Part shown: positions 59,141-64,000 of the stretch, piece by piece
How the letters are laid out: each line of letters begins with the position of its first letter
Position numbering within the stretch: position 1 is the first letter of the stretch
DNA from: Candidatus Aenigmatarchaeota archaeon
Lineage (GTDB): Archaea; Aenigmatarchaeota; Aenigmatarchaeia; CG10238-14; SCSR01
Direction of reading: 5' to 3'
Assembly (NCBI GenBank): GCA_038998335.1
Contig: JAVZHQ010000001.1
Location: forward strand, 738,038 to 802,037
Length of the DNA: 64,000 nucleotides
Translations under genes and position numbers: made by a program
Notes under the pieces: model-generated
Told to the model about the DNA's origin: nothing
What the model saw: the letters and a program-made list of their open reading frames with translations, nothing else
The model's database searches: none

Positions 59141-60154
59141 TTAAACAAATTCTAAAGCTCTTTTAACAAAAAGTTTAGATTTAAGCAAGAATAAAAGAAT
59201 GTCATGACTAACTTTTTCTAACGTTCTATTAGTCTTGAGGAAATTAGTGACCAAATCATGTTTCTTTTTAATTTTTAAAATTTCTTCTATAAGTCTTGGT
59301 TTGTAATTCTTGTTAACTATAATTTTTCCTACATCCTCACCAGAAACCATAGCAGAATATATTCCTCCCCCGGTAAGACTTGAAGCAAAACCAGCAGCAT
59401 CTCCAATCAAAAATCTATTACCAAATTTATATCCACAATATTCGTAACTTATGGGCGCAACTTCAAAATTCGCGTCTTTTATATTTATTTCTCTTTGTTT
59501 GCACCAATTGTCCAAGTTCTCCTTCAATTTTTTTGTAGGAATCGAACTCGGGTCACAACCTGCTCCAACTGATGTAATGTTTTTATGCGGCGCAACCCAG
59601 CTATACCAAATACCAAAAGATTCTGCATCATAATGAATTTCAACATCTTTAAACTTTTCTTTCACCCAATACTGAAGTCCAATTCCAAATTTTGTTTTCA
59701 GGCCTAAACTTTTTCTTACGATGGAATTGCTTCCGTCAGCGCCAACCAAATAGTCAAAGTATATTTTTTCCTTGTTAGAAATTACATAATCTTTGCCGAC
59801 TTCTGAAACATTGTAACCAAAAAGAACTTCATACCCAAGTTTTTTTATTTCTCTATACATACATTCACTTAATTTTTTCCTGTTTATGGTTGCAACAAAT
59901 GGTGTTTCTAGCTCAACCTCGATTTTTTTATAAGGTGTAGTAAAAACTACCTTTCTGAACTTTCTTTCAAAAACTTCTTCTGGCAATTTTATGTAATTTG
60001 TTCTTTTATTAAAAACCCATAAGCCAGTACAAATTTTTCTTTCAATTTTTTCAGATTTTTCAAGAACTAAGAAATCTTCGTCGTTTTCAGCTAAAATTTT
60101 TGCGCATCTTAATCCTGCTGGGCCAGCACCAACAATAACAGTTTTATATTTCAT
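59141..60154 (-). CDS. Geranylgeranyl reductase-like FAD oxidoreductase
   Basis: GAGPAG, GADG, YSWVAP, GDAAG...GGGI. Confidence 0.88.
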   Translation of the reverse strand: MKYKTVIVGAGPAGLRCAKILAENDEDFLVLEKSEKIERKICTGLWVFNKRTNYIKLPEEVFERKFRKVVFTTPYKKIEVELETPFVATINRKKLSECMYREIKKLGYEVLFGYNVSEVGKDYVISNKEKIYFDYLVGADGSNSIVRKSLGLKTKFGIGLQYWVKEKFKDVEIHYDAESFGIWYSWVAPHKNITSVGAGCDPSSIPTKKLKENLDNWCKQREINIKDANFEVAPISYEYCGYKFGNRFLIGDAAGFASSLTGGGIYSAMVSGEDVGKIIVNKNYKPRLIEEILKIKKKHDLVTNFLKTNRTLEKVSHDILLFLLKSKLFVKRALEFV

Positions 60155-60197
60155 AAGATATTTATTTTCTTTAAATTTTAAAAGAAATTTGTTTTAA

Positions 60198-60211
60198 GTT
60201 AGACGTCTAAC
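60198..60211. repeat. Palindrome GTTAGACGTCTAAC (copy 3)
   Basis: 14-bp core of the same palindrome, upstream of the oxidoreductase. Confidence 0.85.
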
Positions 60212-60363
60212 ATTCAAGAAAATTTTAATCCTGCGCATAATCCTTTAAATTTTGCGTCTTAATCTCGCTACATCGATGATAACAGCTTTATGTTTCATAA
60301 TTGTAATCCAACAATTTTGACTCTCCTAATTGATTTTACTTCAAAATTTCTTTTCTATCATCC

Positions 60364-61530
60364 TTAGTTAAAGTAAAAATTGAATTTTGGTTTGTAAATT
60401 TCTAAAATAATTGAAACATTAGAAAATTCTTTTATTCTTTTTCTTGTTTCAAAATAAACTCTTTCAGCTTTCATAAATTCAGCAGCACACCATGTTAAAG
60501 GTTTAGGGCAATATTTTGGTAAAGAACCGTCAAAATCAATCTGCTCAGGGAAATAGTAAACGTTTGGTATTTTTCTCATGTAGTTAATCCATTTTTTTGC
60601 TCCTTTTAAAGCTTTAAGAGCAATCTCATATGCTTTTACTTCAAAAGCATTTCTTGCTAGGTAACAATAAGCTTGAGTTATTAAAGCGCAACCCATAGGC
60701 CAAGGTCTTCCGCTTCCCTTTCCACTTATCGTTTCACCATTCCAAAAATCATCCTTATACCTTAAAGGAATTTTCACACCTTTTACTTTAACGCAAAGTT
60801 CTTCTTCAACTTTTTCTAGAGTAGATAAAATTCTTTCCAAATTTTCTTTTTTCTTTAAAAATTCTAACTCGCTTTCAAAAAGTATGTTTAAGCCAAGGAC
60901 AACTTCTAAATCAACGATTCTTTCTGAAGGACTTTTGACAAAACTTTTTATTTTTTTGTCGTAAAAACTTTCTAAACTTTCAATTAGTTCATCCAGAATT
61001 TTCTTGTCTTCTTTGTTTTCCCCAAAAATCTTTTCAGCACATTTTATACCCCATATAAGTGCAGAAGTTGTGTAAAAGAAGTAACCTTTTTTCTGTTCCC
61101 AAACATCCACGCTAGGTTTCTTACTTTTTATCTGTTCTAACAAAGCTTTATAAGACTCTTTTAATTTTTTTAAGTCAACTTTTAATCCTTTAATTATTGA
61201 AACAACTACAAACCTTAAAGCATCCTGATCTAATTGCCTATTAGAATCGCCGTTGCACCAAGCATTAGGGTCTGGCTTGCCATCAACTTCATACCTTTGA
61301 TAGAATAAACCATTATCAGTTGGTAAGTTTAAAACAAACTCTGCTATTTTTCTTGCAGTTTTTCTGTCAAAGTTTTCAAGCTCCAAAGCAACAAAGAAAG
61401 CATCTCTTGGCCAAACATGAAAGTATTCTTTGTGCTCAAACCCAGGTCCTTCTAAAGCAGCAACTAAGCTATGGTTTTTTCCTATGTTTTTTGTTATCGT
61501 TTCCAAGGCTATTTTGATTATTTCTGTCAT
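60364..61530 (-). CDS. Glycoside hydrolase family 15 (glucoamylase-like)
   Basis: WPRD, DVWE, PEQ, PLTW. Confidence 0.82.
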   Translation of the reverse strand: MTEIIKIALETITKNIGKNHSLVAALEGPGFEHKEYFHVWPRDAFFVALELENFDRKTARKIAEFVLNLPTDNGLFYQRYEVDGKPDPNAWCNGDSNRQLDQDALRFVVVSIIKGLKVDLKKLKESYKALLEQIKSKKPSVDVWEQKKGYFFYTTSALIWGIKCAEKIFGENKEDKKILDELIESLESFYDKKIKSFVKSPSERIVDLEVVLGLNILFESELEFLKKKENLERILSTLEKVEEELCVKVKGVKIPLRYKDDFWNGETISGKGSGRPWPMGCALITQAYCYLARNAFEVKAYEIALKALKGAKKWINYMRKIPNVYYFPEQIDFDGSLPKYCPKPLTWCAAEFMKAERVYFETRKRIKEFSNVSIILEIYKPKFNFYFN

Positions 61531-61596
61531 TTTATTACTGTTTGATAGTTACTATTATTTAAAAATTTCTATGTTTCACTACAGAATAGTGAAAAA

Positions 61597-62079
61597 TTAT
61601 TTTAAAAGCAATACACTACTATTCTTTTTAGAAAGCTCATAAAGGAGTTTTTTTGTTCCTTTTTCTAGAGAAGAAAGTCTACTCTTAAGGCTGTAGATGG
61701 TATCTTTACTTGAGTAAAACTCAAATACTGGATCCTTAAAAACTATTTCCATATAATTTCTACAATCTTTAAGTGCGTTTGCATAGTTCTGTAATACTTT
61801 CTTTAGCTCTTCCGGGATTCTTTCTTCTTCAATTTTTTTAGTATCTTCCTTAAGCATAGAAAGAACTTCCTCGCAGGTGTAGCAAAACTCTTCAAAAGAC
61901 TTTAAAATCATTTCAACCTTTCCCTTTTCCTCCACTTTACTTTCTTCTCGAGATACGATTCCTCTTGAGGCTGCAAGAGTTTGTTCTCTTAACTGTTGAT
62001 AAAAAGAATGAATATTAGTTTTTGCGTCGTTTAACCTATCAAAAACTCCTATATAGTTCATTTTTCTTCTTTCTTCCAT
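61597..62079 (-). CDS. Hypothetical helical protein
   Basis: 160-aa ORF. Confidence 0.6.
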   Translation of the reverse strand: MEERRKMNYIGVFDRLNDAKTNIHSFYQQLREQTLAASRGIVSREESKVEEKGKVEMILKSFEEFCYTCEEVLSMLKEDTKKIEEERIPEELKKVLQNYANALKDCRNYMEIVFKDPVFEFYSSKDTIYSLKSRLSSLEKGTKKLLYELSKKNSSVLLLK

Positions 62080-62142
62080 GTATAAAAATAGAAAAGTAAA
62101 GTTTAAATATTACTTTTTCTATTATTATTTATTAGTGGTGAC

Positions 62143-62589
62143 ATGGGAGGTTTAGGAGTTCCGCCTGAAAAAACAGCTGAAAGAATTAATGAAATACTCT
62201 CTAGAAGAAAGTCTTTACCAGCTTATATCCAAAAGATTCAGGAAGAAGATGTTTTTGCTACTTTAGCCTTGGCTGGAGGAGAAGCTTACATAGAAGATAT
62301 AAAATGGACTCTTGAAAGTTTGTTCGGGTATAAAATAGAAAAAATAGAGGATTTAGAGGACTTTTTGAAAGGATACAGAGGTATGGGATTGAATTCAGAA
62401 TGGGATGAAAAGAGAGAGAAAGATTATTGGAAGCTCGATAAAACATTCTTCAAGAAACATCAAAAAGAAATAGAGGAAAGAATGAGAAAAGCCTTGGGCT
62501 ATCAAAAGTCTGGGCTAGAAGCGCTTTTTAGCGAAGAGGAAGAAGGAAAAGAAATAGACCTTTGGGGCAATTATAAAGGTAAAGTATGA
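62143..62589 (+). CDS. Hypothetical protein
   Basis: 148-aa ORF with GGTG RBS. Confidence 0.65.
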   Translation: MGGLGVPPEKTAERINEILSRRKSLPAYIQKIQEEDVFATLALAGGEAYIEDIKWTLESLFGYKIEKIEDLEDFLKGYRGMGLNSEWDEKREKDYWKLDKTFFKKHQKEIEERMRKALGYQKSGLEALFSEEEEGKEIDLWGNYKGKV

Positions 62590-62697
62590 TAGAAAATCCA
62601 AAAATTAAATCAATGGCCCTACAAAATCCAGGTTGGAAGCAATTTTGACAAGAAAGTAAGTATATATATTTTATAAAAAATAGCAATTTGTTATAAG

Positions 62698-63069
62698 ATG
62701 AAGAAAGTATATTGTCACTACTGTAAGCAAGAGATTAAACCAAAAAGTAAATACAAATTGATGACAAGAGTGAATAAATCTGAAATTTACAAATCCTTTC
62801 CCTGGGGTTGTTATCCATTCCATCTCGAGTGTTATGAAGAAAATAAAAGCTTTTTGGGCAGAAGCTTTGAAGATTTTAGTGAAAAGGAGTTCATTCCACC
62901 AATACTTTCTATTATCATACCAACCTTAATTATTCACTTAATCTTTGCTGCTTATCAATATTACAAACTTTCCGTTTTACTTTCATTTAACTTAATAATT
63001 GCTTTTTTTATTGTTATTGAGCTTGTACCAATTTGTAAAGCTAGAAAAATTAAAAAACTTTTAGACTAA
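62698..63069 (+). CDS. Hypothetical membrane protein with N-terminal CxxC...HxxC
   Basis: CHYC...HLEC followed by two TMs. Confidence 0.6.
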   Translation: MKKVYCHYCKQEIKPKSKYKLMTRVNKSEIYKSFPWGCYPFHLECYEENKSFLGRSFEDFSEKEFIPPILSIIIPTLIIHLIFAAYQYYKLSVLLSFNLIIAFFIVIELVPICKARKIKKLLD

Positions 63070-63240
63070 TACGAGATACAACAAATTGCAATTTCCTCTT
63101 ACGATTTTCAAAATTACGATTTTCAAAATTTCTGTATCTCCGACAAAATTTCCCATTTTCAATCTTTGAAACAGGATCCAATATTCTACAATTACAGAAT
63201 CCAACAATTCATTACCACTAATAAATTTTAAGGAGTAAGA

Positions 63241-63268
63241 AGTAGACATAATGCTTCTTATACGAACT
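63241..63268. other. dif-like Xer recombination site (11-6-11)
   Basis: AGTAGACATAA TGCTTC TTATACGAACT; imperfect inverted arms with ATAA/TTAT inner ends. Confidence 0.65.
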
Positions 63269-63322
63269 TTTGAGCCTGAAAAGGTAATTTTGGCTTTATT
63301 TTTGAGGAAAGTGCGCCAACTA

Positions 63323-63559
63323 TTAGGCTAGACTGTGCAGTTGACTCATTCTTTTTCGTCTCCTGACACCAATAACAATTGCCAAAATACCACCGATTAA
63401 AAAGGTCCACATTACTTTTCCTAATTGAGAATCAAACATTATTTCTATACCGTTAATTATCACGGCTGCAAAAAATAAAAGTAAAAGCATAATACCAGCT
63501 ATAAAGACTAAAAAAGTGTTTATAGAAACGATGTCCATGATAAATATTACAAACTTCAA
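63323..63559 (-). CDS. Small two-TM membrane protein
   Basis: Two hydrophobic helices, basic C-terminus; start may be 63538. Confidence 0.55.
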   Translation of the reverse strand: MKFVIFIMDIVSINTFLVFIAGIMLLLLFFAAVIINGIEIMFDSQLGKVMWTFLIGGILAIVIGVRRRKRMSQLHSLA

Positions 63560-64000
63560 ATATTTATAATAACTTGCGATATTTTTTAAATGCGCCGTAT
63601 ATTTTAAATAGACTGTGCAATTTGTGAATTTTATGAAAAATAGAGAGAATTTATGCCATTTTCTTTAGTTAAAAAGCAAATTTAAACTTTTTAAAATCAA
63701 ATAAAGAGATTTAAAATCAAATTTGATTAAAGAAAGTGGAAATTACTTGTTTTTTTGAAAAAATAAAATGCGCCAATAAACTAAAAATAATTGAGCTTTT
63801 TTATTCCTAGAGAAAAAGTGAGACTTAAAGTATATACTAAAAAATATTTGTTTCAGAAAATATTATTTAGTATATCTAATAAAATTAATGTTTTTATTTA
63901 AATATTTTATAAAAAATATAATTTTTTATATTTTTTATAATTATTATTTTAACTCTATGATAGAAAGTGAGAATTCATAGAAGAAGGAAGCAACCCCCCC

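Noticed and set aside
408-62446. Numerous short antisense ORFs in the track (e.g. 9550-9981, 38412-38792, 53068-53556)
   Set aside because: Shadows of well-supported genes on the opposite strand, with no motifs
63061-63249. 62-aa minus-strand ORF
   Set aside because: Starts inside the dif-like site and contains a 15-bp tandem duplication; probably non-coding or a remnant
63830-64000. AT-rich tail ending in a C run as the start of an RNA gene
   Set aside because: Truncated by the window edge; nothing identifiable

Overview
A gene-dense, AT-rich piece of an archaeal chromosome. Gene content and compact, reduced proteins suggest a DPANN lineage such as Aenigmarchaeota (inference). In order: a surface-glycosylation cluster (1-7 kb); a SecD-like gene; an operon of wHTH protein, PolD small-subunit (DP1)-like gene and family B DNA polymerase with a PolD-type C-terminal Zn finger, preceded by a 21-bp repeat array; Hjc, toprim, dnaG, kae1, hel308; rubrerythrin and superoxide reductase; box C/D proteins; the ftsZ-secE-spt5-L11-L1-L10-L12 cluster; an ECF transporter plus phosphoribosyltransferase next to a decayed region at tRNA-Leu; the rpoD/S11/S4/S13 and L7Ae/S28e/L24e clusters with a solo Cas4-like nuclease; gltX; and a variable right end with xerA, a dif-like site and further recombination-site-like repeats. 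There are three tRNAs (Pro with an atypically placed intron, Leu with an intron, Ala). The strongest candidates for a new system are (1) a possible eukaryote-like two-subunit PolB + degenerate DP1 replicase with its repeat array, and (2) an Xer/dif-associated cassette region. All product calls come from motif recognition, without database searches. No CRISPR array or rRNA was seen.
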